This document shows positions 27,901-39,419 of a stretch of 64,000 nucleotides of DNA, in pieces. The stretch's first letter is position 1. Every line of letters begins with the position of its first letter. The stretch lies in NCBI GenBank assembly GCA_963514005.1, contig OY740813.1:9238001-9302000 (forward strand). Reading direction: 5' to 3'. The position numbers and the translations under genes were made by a program. Under the pieces are notes generated by a model. It had not been told where the DNA came from. It saw only the letters and a list, made by a program, of their open reading frames with translations, and searched no databases. The DNA is from Raja brachyura. Its lineage: Eukaryota.

Positions 27901-30900
27901 GCAGAGCTCCAGAAGGGACGCGATGACTATCGTGCCAGTTGTCAGGAGTTACAGGTAAAGACTGGCTGGAACCCCGTGTTGCAATTGGATTAATCCCGCC
28001 CCATACATCCTCCACCTTGGGAAGGAAGTCTTTGAGCAGACGGTTAAAGTCCAAGAAAATAAGATAAAGCGTGCACATCCCCAAATGTCAGGATGGAATC
28101 AGATGATGAAAATAATTGTGCCTGTTAAATTCCAGCACGCAGACTTGGTATTGATACATAATTCATCTTTTCATGTGTATTGCAGTAAACTAACTCAATG
28201 AGTCTTTACTAATCAATAAAATTCCATTGAATCTAATATTTATGGTAGGATTTCTGTTACTCTGATTCCCATTTTATTAATAAAATGTTAACCTTGATAT
28301 CAAGGCCAACATTTTTTATTATCCCTGTTTAACATTGAAAAGGTGATGATCAGCTCTCATGAGCCACTGTAGGTTGAGTGGTGATATTGCCACAGTGCTG
28401 TTGAGTAGGGAGTTTTAGGATTTCAATCTGGTGGGAATGAAGGAATGGCTATTATGTTTCCAAACTTGGATGGTATTTTAATCAATGACAACAACGCTGA
28501 GAACTGGTTTATGAATCTTAAAGCTCTGAAAAATCAATGTGGTAGGTACTTCAGACCAATGCAGTGAATGTTTACATCTTATGTTCTTGGAGTTCAACTG
28601 TCTGCTCGAATACGTCTTTCCCAAGGTTGAGGACATTCAGCAAAAGCAGTTGAGGCTAAATCATGCAATTTTTATTAAAAACAAAAAAAAGTTAATCAAC
28701 ATTTAGAATCTAGTTTTATTGATAGTTAAAATAATAAATGGTTTTGTGAAGGTGACCTTTTCATTGGAAGGCGATACACAAAAGTTACAAATTTAATGCA
28801 TATAAAAAGATGAACTTCATATATGGCAAAAGAGTAAGAATAGAAATTGAGTAAGATTCAAAATAACTTTCAAAAGGGCAAATGACACTCTTTGTTTAGT
28901 TGAAAGCACTGTGTGTTTAGTCAACTGGTCATTTTTGTAATGTGGTGAATAGAGTTCATTAAACTATTAAGAAGTATTTGTTGCTGAGCTGCTTGGTTGA
29001 AATGTAATTTCTGTTAAATATTTGGAAGACTTGAGTGGGACAGAGGCCACAATGTTACACATTGCACATTCCCTATTGCGGAAGGAATGCTTTCAGGGCA
29101 GTAATGGCGATCTTGGGTCATTGCTTAGTCCTCATTATACCTTGAGATTTGAGTATCTCAACTTTTGTAACATTTCCATTGTCAGAATAAACTGCAAGAT
29201 TGTCAGAAGATGATAGGAGAATTGAAGCTGGAGCTACAGAAAGCCAATAACAAAGCATGCAACACAGCGTATCTATTGAACCAGATGACTGAGAAGGTAA
29301 GGAATGTGGCAGTCTACCTAATAGATATATTGTGCATGTCATTAGCGCAAGCCTCATTCTGCTCTTGAGGCTTGCGGTAATTACATTCCCGATATTTTCT
29401 TGCATTTGGCCATAATCAACGAACAAACACGAATTTCATTAAATCTCATTTAATTTTCCACTGAATGAAGATCATGTACATCATGATTTAGATACAGAAC
29501 AAGACTTTTTGCTATCTGATAAAACACATCCAACATAAGTACAGCAACGGTTAGATTGTGTAAAACTTATGATTATCAACCTCACTGCATGTGCCTGTCC
29601 AATATTAGAGTGATATTCTATTCCCCTCACTGCTTTTCCGAATTGCTGCCATTTTCTCCAAATTTCTACACAATGAGTGCTGCTTCCTTTTGACTGAAAA
29701 CTTCATTTGGATCTTTTGCATAAAAGGAAGGAAGACCTGATTAGATCCTGCTTTTGCTTGTGGCCTGGTGGGAGTGCTGTACACACATACATGCACACAA
29801 AAAAACAATAGTAGTGCAATAACAATAATAGTTTGTATGTGCTAATCTAATTTGCCTACATTTTGCCCGACTCGACACCTTTCTAAGAACCTGTCAAAAA
29901 GCCCTGTAAGCAACCTCCTCTGACGGCCCTTTCCGGATATTCACTACTCTTTGTGTGGAAATATTTATCGCTTTTATATTTGCCCCCTCTCACCGCAAAC
30001 TTGCAACCTCTAACTTGCAACTCCCCAAGTTGATTTCTGCTGATTTGCTTCTGAGTTGAGCAGTTTGAATGCTGAAAATATGTGAAACAGGAAACCGTAG
30101 TGAATTTGAATGAAAAATAAATTTCAAGTGCAGGCTATTGCTGCTTTTACTTGCCCACATCCTGTGAATGAATGTCATTAGTAATGCTAGTATTTATTGT
30201 CCATCCCTAATTGTCTCTTGTCATTTGGAGCCTGCCTTATTGGTGGGTCAGCATGGGTAGAAACTGAAGATCTTCTCTGATTTAAAAAAAAAAAAAATTA
30301 TGGCAAGTATGTTCGTGGTTACCATGACGAGGACTAACTTTAATTCCAGATTTATTTATTACTTTTAAATATTAAATGGTCCAAAGGTCTGGCTGCCAGT
30401 AACTTTAAAAACTCCACGGTACATAAATGTAAGCATGAAAGCACGTACCACCAGATTCAGTAACAGCTTGTTCCCCACTGCTATCAGACCACTTGGATCA
30501 TCCTCCTATAATCCAGTGTGTAGTCTCAATCTTCCAGCCCACCTCATTTCATATCCTGCACTTTATATAATAATTCTGTAACATATGTTCTGCACACTGG
30601 TATTTTTCTCCTTGCACTGCCTATTGTACTTGTCTATGGGCTGATTGTACTCGTGTATAGTATGATTTGATTTGACTGGATAGCACAAAAACACTTTTCA
30701 CTATATCGCAGTGCGTTTGACAGTAATATACCAATATCAAGTAATTTGTGTTTAAGGTGATAATTGGTTTTATACTGACATTAGCTTAAGGCAAGGTATC
30801 AGTTTTGTCAATCCTCCAAATCCACTCTGGCTCTCCCATTCCCGTCTCCATTCAAATTCCCATTTTGTGGAGGAGAATTGTGTATCTCCAGGGGTCTTTG

Positions 30901-33900
30901 GGCACTGCCTCATTTAATACTGTAGGTGGTGGTGCTCAGTGTTTTGGCAGCAGGGGAACTAAAGTCCAACTATTGATTTCCCTCTGTGCCCCCCCCCCCC
31001 CGTCATCCTTTGTACAACACCATTTCTTCCCCAAACCTCCCCTCCATGCCATTGTTCCCACTGAAATGCTGATCATCCCCGTTGTATTATTCCTAGTTTA
31101 CTAGTACCCAGTCTGTGCAGCAACAAATGGAGTGGCTGAATAAACAGCTCCTGCTTCTGAGTGAAGTGAATGAATTGCACATGGAGAAATTGCTACACTC
31201 TCAGATGGGTTCGGCTAAGGTAAGATTTTTGGCAGACCTTTGTTGGAATTTGATTGTGTGTGTGTTGCGGAAATTGTACAAACATGCTCGTGTTCAGCAG
31301 TTCGTTGAACTGAGAAATTGCAGGAGAAATTGGCCAAATCTGTAGCAGTAGTATGTAAAAAAATTTTTTTTTAAATAAAAAAATTGAAGGTCCTTGTTAA
31401 TTAGTCTGTCTAGCCTTGTACATCAGGGGAGACAAACTGTGCAAAGCATGGTGGTGTTGGTACATTTTTATTTTTCAAACATTTTCTTGTTTTATACCAT
31501 CCAATGGCTCTCCCCTATCCATTTACCCATCTCTACCCCTCAACCTTCTGATGTCTGCCTGACCAACCTCGTCCACCATCTCATCCCTGATTCAACTTTG
31601 TACTTGGCCTTAGGCTGCACAGCTTCCAAGTAAGGCATTCAATTTTTCCACACTGTAACTCAGACGAATAAAAGCTTGAGAGCTTTCAGAATCAGTCACA
31701 ATTTCCTGGTGACTATCACATTTTAGCAGATGAGCGTTTACGTAGTGCTTTGGGACATTTCTCTTTGTTACTTTCTAATTATGTAGTATCGTAATATTAA
31801 GACCAGTGCCCATTTTGAAAATATTGAAGATTTGGGTAGTCAGAGATAAAATAGAAAATACTGCAGGTCAGGCAGTTCATGGAGAGAGAAAAACACATGA
31901 TCTGTCATCAGTAATCCTAAATATATATGCCAATCCTGAGCAAGCTCATCAACATTAACCAATAATTCATTCTCTCCCACAGCAGATGCTGTTTGACTTG
32001 TTGAATGTTTTCAGTATTTTCTGACCTCATTAATTAGCAATGTTACAAAATTTTGAGATTTTAAAAATCAAGTCTGCAATTTATCCCATCAGATAAAGCA
32101 TAACAAGAAGTTTAATTTGACACCTAATTTACTTTCATATCTTCAGTATTAAGAAAGTTATGGCCATTTTCATGCTCGGAAATGAGTATCTTGCTTCCCA
32201 TTGCCTTTCAATTGACTTAACTCAAAAGCTGTGATCTGGAAAAATTAAAAGCCCATAACTTTATTAAAAATTAAGAGAACTCAATGAAATTTTCAGTCAT
32301 TATAGATTGAAGCATTCTGAAACAAATATTAAACAATCTTACTTGGATTACCTGAAATTAAAGTATATAATTAGTTATTTATCTAATTGTAGCTAATTAC
32401 AAAATTCAATGAGTAGATCTAAACATCTATCAATTTCTTAAGAAAAGATAAACTTTTTTTTAATTGCCTAAGTGTCCAAATAACATTCACACAATAATCC
32501 ACAATATAACATAATTTTTAAATCTCATTTTCATGAATTTCTGGGCCAAATGGAAGGAATTTAGTGTTTAGCCTGTAAATAAATGGCCATTTAAATCAAC
32601 TAGCGAGTGGGTTTTAGCGGAATGCGGTGGATTGGAACGTTGCGGTTTGCGGTGAAGTCGGGGGGGAAAATACTGGGGGTTCATACATTTTTTGGGGACC
32701 CCATTTCGCAACATTAAAATGGTATTTATGCCTCCCAAAAAACCAACTTTTAATAAAAAAATAAAGTATTTACCTTTTTTTCTCCCCTACGGAAAATGCT
32801 TCCGGTGGTCTGCGGTCACGGCTTTTGAAGGTGATTTTTAAATTACTCTAGTTAATAAATAACTTAGAGTAATTTAAAAATACCTTAATGGATGAAATGT
32901 CGGAGCGATTTTTCTTCCGCAATTAAATCGCCCGACATTCATCGATTATCCTGGTCTGGTGAAAATCGGCACTTTAAGCCCGCCCCCCTCTGAAAGGCGC
33001 TAAAGTCGCGCACACGGGGAGCGGCAGAAGTGCAGCGCCGCTAAAGGTAAGTTTTGTAACATACCTACATTAATTTCCTTTTTTGGACACTCTGTTCAGT
33101 TCTTGCATAGTTTTATTTGCACATACATGTGTCTTTTTTCCCCAACAGAAGTTCCTACTGCAGGGAAACCTTCTATTGTAAATATGCATACCTTTGTGAG
33201 AGGTGTACTTCGTCAGGTGAAATATTAAACACCCGAGCAGATGAATGAAAAGTATAACTTGATGTTATAAACAATCGGAACATAAAGACTGTTACCTGGA
33301 ATACAATTTGCTACTATTCATGGAAGTTCCTTTCCTTTTTATTCCTTCTCCCTCTCCCCACCACGCCTTTGTCATTTTGTTCAGGCAGCAGAGACAGAGA
33401 TGGTGCAAGCCACTTTAATTCGAGAGAAGGAGAAAATGAGGAACCGCATCCAGCAGCAAGTCCAACGGATGGAGGCATCACAACGCCGCATCATGGAACT
33501 CGAAAGCCAGCTGAATAAGAAAGAGCTTCTTTTAATGGAGCAAAAAAAATACCTGGAGAATGTAAAAAATATGGCTAGGTATGGTGGTGCAGTGCATGTC
33601 CAAGATCTTGGTACGGTTCCTCGCCACAGCGGTGTATTTGTTCATTTGAATTGCAACTTCGCACCAATGGCATTCTGAAGGATTTGAAATGTGTCCTTCA
33701 GATTTTGTAGCAGGAGGGCAGGTTTTAAGATGGCTGAGCACCTTCACAGTGTTTTACAAAGATCTATTTCATCTGTATTTCTTTCAGTGAAGAGCTGCAA
33801 GCAGCAGAAAGCCGTTACGAGGCTCAGAAACGGATAACACAAACTCTACAGACTGAAATCTTGGAACTTTACAGCAAGTTGGAACGAACGGGACCGCCAG

Positions 33901-36900
33901 AGAAAATGTCTGCAGCAGAGAATAACGATCAGTCTGCACAGGAAAAGTAAGTTCATTAAATTAACTTAATGCGACTCTTGTAAAATATGATTGAAGACAC
34001 AACAAACTGTAGATGCTGGAATCTTGAGTAAAATGGGAATGTTGGGTCAGGCAGCAACTTTGAAGGGAATGGATAGGCAATGTTTTGGTTTGGGACCCAT
34101 CGGAGTAGTAGAGAAAAAGCTGGAATAGAGAGAAGCAAGAAACTGCAGATAAAGCTGGCCTACAATAAAGGTGCAAATTGTTGGAGTAATCTCTGGGAAA
34201 ACATGGATAGGTAACATTTTGGGTTTGGACTATTCGGCAAACTAACTGTGGTGGGGGGAAGAAAGCTGGAGGAGAAGAGGGGAACGACAGAAACTGGTAT
34301 GTGATAGGTGGATATGGGTGAGGAGGGGGGTGGTTTGATATGCAGATGATTGCATTAAGGCCAGAGAAGAAATGCAAATTGTGAAGCCAGGGGATGAGAG
34401 AAAGGGATGAGGGGTTAGGCTAGTAGTTACTTAAAATTGCAGAATTCAATCTTCATACTGTTTGTTTGCAAGCTACCCAAGCGGAATATGAAGTGCGGTT
34501 CCTCCAGTTTACATTTGGCCTTATATTGGCAATGGAGGAGGCCCAGGCCAGGAAAGTCAGAATGGGAAAGGGATTTAAAATGGTTAGAATGGATTTCTTT
34601 ATCTGTTTCTGATTACTAACCAAATGAAATCAGCTGAACCGTGCCTGTCTTGAGGTGGACAATTAATAGACAATAGACCAGGAAGCTGATACATTTTGTC
34701 ATGAGTCTAAGCAGTTTTTTTTTCCCGTGAGTCTTGGAAAACTGAGTGAGATCTACCTGTTTTTACAGAACAAATGTGGGCATATGTTAATACACATAGG
34801 TGATATATAGTTAATACATATGCCCAAAAATATATATACATGTACTAAAATATTAATACCTAGTCCAAAAATATGAAAGCTCCAACTTGCTGGGTGAAAG
34901 AAACTTAGTGAACTCCACCCAGACATTAGAACGGCTATAATTTACACTTCCATTAAAACTAGAGTCATACAGTGTAGAAACAGGCCGGGCAGACCAACTT
35001 GCCCAAGCAGACCAACACGCCAAATCTTCACTAGTTATACCTGCCTGTGTTTGGCCCATATCCCTCTAAACCTAAACTAGGATCTCTCAAAATTAAGATA
35101 ATTATTTTTTAATTTGTAGCCTTTATTCCAGCACTATAATGTTAACCCTTCCAATATTCAAAGTTACTCAATCATCACACAAAAAGGTGATGCATGGCAT
35201 TCCTGTTTGGAGATTGTTTGACCATGAGACTTATTTTTGCCGCAGTAGCCTATTGACTATCCTGTTTTTTTTTTTAAATTAAACAATTGTTTGTGTTGTG
35301 GGTCTTTTTGTGTTTCCTACAGGTACAAACTTTATCCTTTACATTTCACGACTGAGGGACTTGCGATGAAATACGATATTTTTTTAAATCTCCAATACTT
35401 TTTAACTTATTTTTCTGATGTCCAACCATACACCTAGCTTTCTAATTCCATTGAATAATTGATGATTTGAATAATAGATGCATTTGGTCGTGTCGCCAAG
35501 TTGGCAAATAAGAATTTTTGCCACTTTGCCTGATTATCTGATAACTCCTGCCACCATCGTGTGTGTAAAGGTTGAATGGGGACACTATTTAGTGTGGTTG
35601 TGACGATGAACTAGTGAATGCCCCTTGTACAAGGTACTAGATGCCCTATGCTAATCCCTGAAGAATAGGAAGTAATGCTGATGGTCTTATTGAAACTAAT
35701 TTATAGAAGGTCAGTGTGGCATTTAAAATAAAATAGAACATTTCGCTAAATGGCTGCTTCCTGTGCTATATAATTATGTAACTCAACCTGAACTAGTGAA
35801 ATCAAAAATCAATAAAATGTTTTTTATGGCCCAATCCTTAACTCTATCAGGATAAAAGATTGCATATAAGGCCATAAAACATGAGCAGAATTAGGCAATT
35901 TGGCCCATCAAGTCTGCTCCACCTTTCAATCATAGCATATCTATTTCCCCCCCCTCAACCCCATTCTCCTGCCTTCTCAAGTCAAGTTTATTTGTCACAT
36001 ACACATACGAGATGTACAGTGAAATGAAAAGTTCTCGCTGAAACCTTTGATGCCCTTACTAATCATTTAAGATTGAGCTTAAAGATCAATAACTGTTAAA
36101 ACATTTTTTAAGTTTGCTCTCTCTTATCACCCCAGTCAGACATTGAAGGGCAGAGTCCAGTGTCGACACCTGATAGGGAAGGGATATCACCCCAGGGGGC
36201 TACAGGAATGGCAAGGGTGTTTTGTTTTAAAGATGGGTGCAAACACCTTTGAATATGACACTATTGAATGTATCGACACTGAGAATGTGTGATGGGCACA
36301 GTTTTTGTTTTCTTTATATTTTTATTCCGAAGTTTAATTTTGACATTTTTTTAAAGTCACCACGCCACCAAATGACTGATCACTTTAGTTTTTGTCCATT
36401 GATGGACAATCAAATGTAGAAAATCAAACGTGCTTCTGCTGAACTGTTTGTAATGATTTGTGTGGCGCAGCAATAGAGTTGCTGCTTGACAGCGCTTGCA
36501 GCTGTAATCTTCTGTTTCCTCCCACCCTCCAAGGACGTACAGGTATGTCGGTAAATTGGCTTGCTCAATGTAAAAATTGTCCCTAGTGTGTGTAGGGTTG
36601 TGTTTATATGGGAGGATCGCTGGTCGGTGCAGACACAGTGAGCCGAAGGGCCTGTTTCCGCGCTGTATCTATAAACTAAACAGAGCCGTCAGATGCATAG
36701 CTCGGATGTCTTCTCTTAGTTGTAGAAATGTGATGCCTTTGTCTTATGCTCTTTTTTCTTGTACGAATAGGGCTGAAAACCTTGTTATTTCGGAATCATT
36801 CGATGAGACCTCGGATGCAGAGAACAAAAACAAGCAAGCCAAGCCCCCAATGGCCCCCAGCATTGACCGATCTCCCAACAGGAATGCGCAGCCACCACTA

Positions 36901-37239
36901 ATGGTGTCTGAGCTGATGGACCAGAGCCAGGGTGCTCCAAGTATGATCTTTCTGGAGCAGCCCACAACACCAGTCACTGTCGGCTCCTATCCCAATTCCA
37001 AGAGTTTCCTTGGGATGCGAGCCCGTGAGCTATTCAGGAACAAGAGCGAAAGCCAGTGTGACAATGAGCGGCCCAAGATGGACAGCCTTTTGGACTCCCT
37101 CAAAACGGAATGCAACATGGAGCTGGGCACTTCTTTGGGCCCCTTGAAACTGCAGGTGCCAGTGCAAAAACCCAGCCCCGAAAGTGTCAGACAGCTCAGC
37201 ATAATGGACTATGACGGAACACATCATGACCAGAATTAA
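3811..37239 (+). CDS. TSC1: Hamartin (TSC complex subunit 1), complete spliced CDS, 21 coding exons, 3507 nt / ~1168 aa
   Basis: Exons 3811-3916, 6218-6321, 9318-9470, 10672-10816, 12151-12305, 13348-13421, 14075-14253, 14804-14919, 15236-15368, 18103-18212, 19351-19432, 19933-20037, 21214-21808, 25265-25308, 26285-26451, 27772-27954, 29186-29296, 31097-31219, 33385-33578, 33788-33946, 36771-37239. All are GT-AG with consistent phases. Hamartin peptides include [79 protein letters not shown] and [21 protein letters not shown]. Confidence 0.97.
4800..5363 (-). mobile_element. Penelope-like retroelement 3' fragment (GIY-YIG endonuclease C-terminus plus terminal repeat)
   Basis: The - strand reads ..[51 protein letters not shown] (stop at 5134-5136), followed by the repeat unit seen in the short fold-back copies. 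Confidence 0.8.
6218..6321 (+). CDS. TSC1: TSC1 coding exon 2
   Basis: cag|..[23 protein letters not shown]|gtaagc. Confidence 0.96.
6499..7190 (+). mobile_element. CR1-type LINE, degraded reverse-transcriptase 3' fragment
   Basis: [46 protein letters not shown], followed by frameshifts. Confidence 0.88.
9318..9470 (+). CDS. TSC1: TSC1 coding exon 3
   Basis: [34 protein letters not shown]|gttcag. Confidence 0.95.
10672..10816 (+). CDS. TSC1: TSC1 coding exon 4
   Basis: [43 protein letters not shown]..|gtacgc. Confidence 0.96.
11490..11781. mobile_element. Penelope-derived fold-back with a nested ~110-bp LINE-tail-like insertion
   Basis: 12-bp TSD GGTGAAATACTG at 11478-11489 and 11782-11793; the unit is interrupted at ~11519-11628. 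Confidence 0.75.
12151..12305 (+). CDS. TSC1: TSC1 coding exon 5
   Basis: [44 protein letters not shown]|gtaaga. Confidence 0.97.
13055..13290. mobile_element. Penelope-derived fold-back
   Basis: tgctggaggaactcggcggg..cagcatct arm with inverted gagttcctccagcaca..gcatctgcagttc arm. Confidence 0.72.
13348..13421 (+). CDS. TSC1: TSC1 coding exon 6
   Basis: [22 protein letters not shown]..|gtaagt. Confidence 0.96.
14075..14253 (+). CDS. TSC1: TSC1 coding exon 7
   Basis: [39 protein letters not shown]|gtaagt. Confidence 0.96.
14804..14919 (+). CDS. TSC1: TSC1 coding exon 8
   Basis: 116 nt, [18 protein letters not shown]|gtaagt; phases match both neighbours. Confidence 0.88.
15236..15368 (+). 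CDS. TSC1: TSC1 coding exon 9
   Basis: [20 protein letters not shown]..|gtatgt. Confidence 0.92.
15412..15485 (+). repeat. 29-bp tandem repeat, ~2.6 copies
   Basis: TGGCTCAATGTATATATAATGTGTCCCCT at 15412 and 15441, partial copy at 15470. Confidence 0.9.
15700..17330 (-). mobile_element. Cluster of antisense CR1-type LINE fragments
   Basis: - strand remnants [33 protein letters not shown] and [32 protein letters not shown]. Confidence 0.85.
16665..17014. mobile_element. hAT-Charlie-type MITE (350 bp) nested in a CR1 LINE
   Basis: TIRs AAGGGGTGGGGAACCT ... AGGTCCCCCACCCCTG; 8-bp TSD TCCTAGAC at 16657-16664 and 17015-17022. Confidence 0.88.
18103..18212 (+). CDS. TSC1: TSC1 coding exon 10
   Basis: [19 protein letters not shown]|gtaaca. 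Confidence 0.87.
19351..19432 (+). CDS. TSC1: TSC1 coding exon 11
   Basis: tattgcag|[22 protein letters not shown]..|gtgagt; ends in phase 1 as required by the next exon. Confidence 0.82.
19933..20037 (+). CDS. TSC1: TSC1 coding exon 12
   Basis: 105 nt, ..[27 protein letters not shown]|gtatgt. Confidence 0.88.
21214..21808 (+). CDS. TSC1: TSC1 coding exon 13 (large exon)
   Basis: [53 protein letters not shown]|gtaaga. Confidence 0.96.
24148..24322. mobile_element. Penelope-derived fold-back
   Basis: gaaggaactgcagatgctgg..gctggagtaactcagcggga plus inverted arm. Confidence 0.75.
25265..25308 (+). CDS. TSC1: TSC1 coding exon 14
   Basis: 44 nt, [14 protein letters not shown]|gtatgt. Confidence 0.96.
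26285..26451 (+). CDS. TSC1: TSC1 coding exon 15
   Basis: [39 protein letters not shown]|gtgagg. Confidence 0.97.
27772..27954 (+). CDS. TSC1: TSC1 coding exon 16
   Basis: [16 protein letters not shown]|gtaaag; coiled coil. Confidence 0.95.
29186..29296 (+). CDS. TSC1: TSC1 coding exon 17
   Basis: [28 protein letters not shown]|gtaagg. Confidence 0.95.
31097..31219 (+). CDS. TSC1: TSC1 coding exon 18
   Basis: [25 protein letters not shown]|gtaaga. Confidence 0.95.
32035..33067. mobile_element. Non-autonomous DNA transposon (~1033 bp) in TSC1 intron 18
   Basis: TIRs TAGCAATGTTACAAAA ... TTTTGTAACATACCTA; direct repeat CATTAAT(T) at 32028 and 33068; AT-rich left part, CpG-rich right end. 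Confidence 0.85.
33385..33578 (+). CDS. TSC1: TSC1 coding exon 19
   Basis: [37 protein letters not shown]..|gtatgg. Confidence 0.94.
33788..33946 (+). CDS. TSC1: TSC1 coding exon 20
   Basis: [31 protein letters not shown]..|gtaagt. Confidence 0.95.
33990..34590 (-). mobile_element. Penelope-like retroelement 3' fragment, degenerate
   Basis: The - strand reads [52 protein letters not shown], followed by a degenerate terminal repeat. Confidence 0.75.
36460..36680 (+). mobile_element. V-SINE, internally deleted
   Basis: gtggcgcagc..gagttgctgc head and gggcctgtttccgcgctgtatct..aaactaaac tail. Confidence 0.7.
36771..37239 (+). CDS. TSC1: TSC1 terminal coding exon
   Basis: [44 protein letters not shown], then TAA. 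Confidence 0.94.
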
Positions 37240-38581
37240 TTTTTTGGGGGAGATGGGGTGGGTGGAAAAGGTAGGTGGAATGGAAAGAAACTTAGTCAGT
37301 ATTATTCTGAGCAGTTAATGCCTGCTTTGCTTTGTAAGCATGTCATAAGTTTAAAACAAGGTACAATCCAGTAAAGGAGTTGTGTTTCCTTCAATGGAAT
37401 GTTTATATATTTAAGAGGGGAAAAAAGACATCAAATTCCTGTTTAACTGTGAACAAATATGTTGTCTTTAATGTTTTGCACTACATTATGTTGTACATAT
37501 GATGTCTGTGTACGATGGCCACCCAGTTATGACGGAACATCTGATTGGAACCTTTTATACTCCCTCCCCTTCTAATGCTTGCTGCTGACCCAATCGGACT
37601 GCTCCTCTTCAGTTGGGATGGAAGGGTGACCTTGAAACCGTTCATCGTACAAGCAGACTAACTATCTTGCGGTGTTCAAAAGAAAGGCTGGACCAACTTC
37701 CCGCAGGAGCGATCTGTCGGACTGTGTACTCTAAATAATGAAACACTGCTGTGATTTTAACCCCCCCCCCCCCCCCCACTCCTCTCCCACCACCATCACT
37801 TTCCCTCAGCACTGCAGTTGCTGTTTACTGCAATGATTTAGAGTTTTGAATTTGCTCGCCACATTTGGAATCAAGCCAGAGGCTGGTGGCAGGACTGCTT
37901 GTTGTGAATCGAAACTAAAGCCCTTGACCCGCCATTTGAAGTATGATGGTTTTGTTCTTGGTATCGTGCCAGATTCGTGCATCACCTGGAGGTGGGGGCA
38001 AAGGTTTGGTTTGACTGCTCAGATACAGTATTTTTTTTGGGGGGGGGGGTTCACAGTTGAGTTGACAATGAATATTTCGCAGTGATTCAATAAAGGGCTA
38101 CCCTCCACAATTGCAATTCTTTTTGATTAAATTTATTTATCTTCTGACGATTGTTATTACCTTTTCAGTATTTTCATCTGGAATGTGGATGCAGTGCAAA
38201 CCCTTTTGTACAGCTTCATGTGTATGGAAATAGAATTGATTGTTGTCTTTCATCCTTGGTCTCTCTGATGTACTAATTTTTGGCCTATCAAATATTATGA
38301 GCAGTGAAGTAAAGTATACAAGCTAGAAAAGCAATTTTTCATAGGTTATAGAATTCCTCTTGTTTAAAATGAGTAAGATATTGCACTGTACTAACACAAG
38401 GGAGTAGAAATGCACTTTTAAAATTGCCCAAAATTCAAGGTTTCTCTACCGTTTTAAATGATGGAAGATCTTTTTAATTGGTCTATAATTGCTTATTTTA
38501 CTACTTAATTGGATTAAGAACTAATTAATATGGTGCTGCCTGATTTGTTTCAATATCGAAGGACAGTGCTGGTCTGCAGAG

Positions 38582-38587
38582 AATAAA
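38582..38587 (+). promoter_or_regulatory. Candidate TSC1 polyadenylation signal (AATAAA); a more proximal one is at 38089-38094
   Basis: AATAAA at the end of a repeat-poor, AU-rich 3' UTR, followed by GU/U-rich sequence. Confidence 0.55.
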
Positions 38588-39419
38588 TACTGGATTAAAT
38601 TCTATCATGCTGGTGATTTCTCATTTGTCCATGTGCTGTTTATTCCCCAAAGCAAGAGCATCATCAGCAGGCTACATTCACTGCTTTTTTTGTTAGTTCC
38701 TTTGGGTTGGAGTTTTTGGTGCCTGTGACCTGCTGGAGTCCTTGCGACCGTGCTCTTAATAGCTCTGGTTAGAACATTGACTTGCTGGGCGTTAAAGAAT
38801 AGAAAAATATGACTACACTAGAATAGAATGAAATGTGATGTTTCCAAAACATTGCTCTTCATGTTTGAAGTCAGGGAAGATCTAAATAAATTATTGCATT
38901 CTCGTGTTGCTACATACCACCACTGTGGTAGCATAGAATGAGTGAGATTTGGTTTGGGAAGCAAAGAGCTTAATATATTTTTTAAAAGACTCACAAAATG
39001 CTGGAATAACTCTGGGGCTGAGAGACTATCTCTAGAGAACATAGATAGGCGATGTTTCAAATTGGGACCCTTCTTCCGTCTCCATGTTCACCAGAGACGC
39101 TGCTTGACCTGAGTTACTCCCACATTTTGTCTTGTTTTGTAAATTAGCATCTGCAATTTCTCGTCTTTGCTAATGTAAAGCTGCTGGAATGATTTTGCAT
39201 CGATCTGTCTAACTGGGTGACTACCTTGTTATTAGGCCTTGGGATTATAGACCTGGTTTTGGTGAGTATCAAATCTTGTCCCTCTTGAAAACCCTTAACC
39301 CATAACTTTAATACATTTGGCATGATATTAAAATTAATTTTATTATCATGAGACACTGGGTGATCCGAACCCTATTTATATGGTCAACATAAATTGCAGT
39401 GTTAGCCCAGGTGTCCAGA

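Noticed and set aside
33381-33392. Tandem CAG acceptors at TSC1 exon 19
   Set aside because: Only the first (33385) keeps the frame; the others are +4 and +7 shifts, so this is not a productive NAGNAG.
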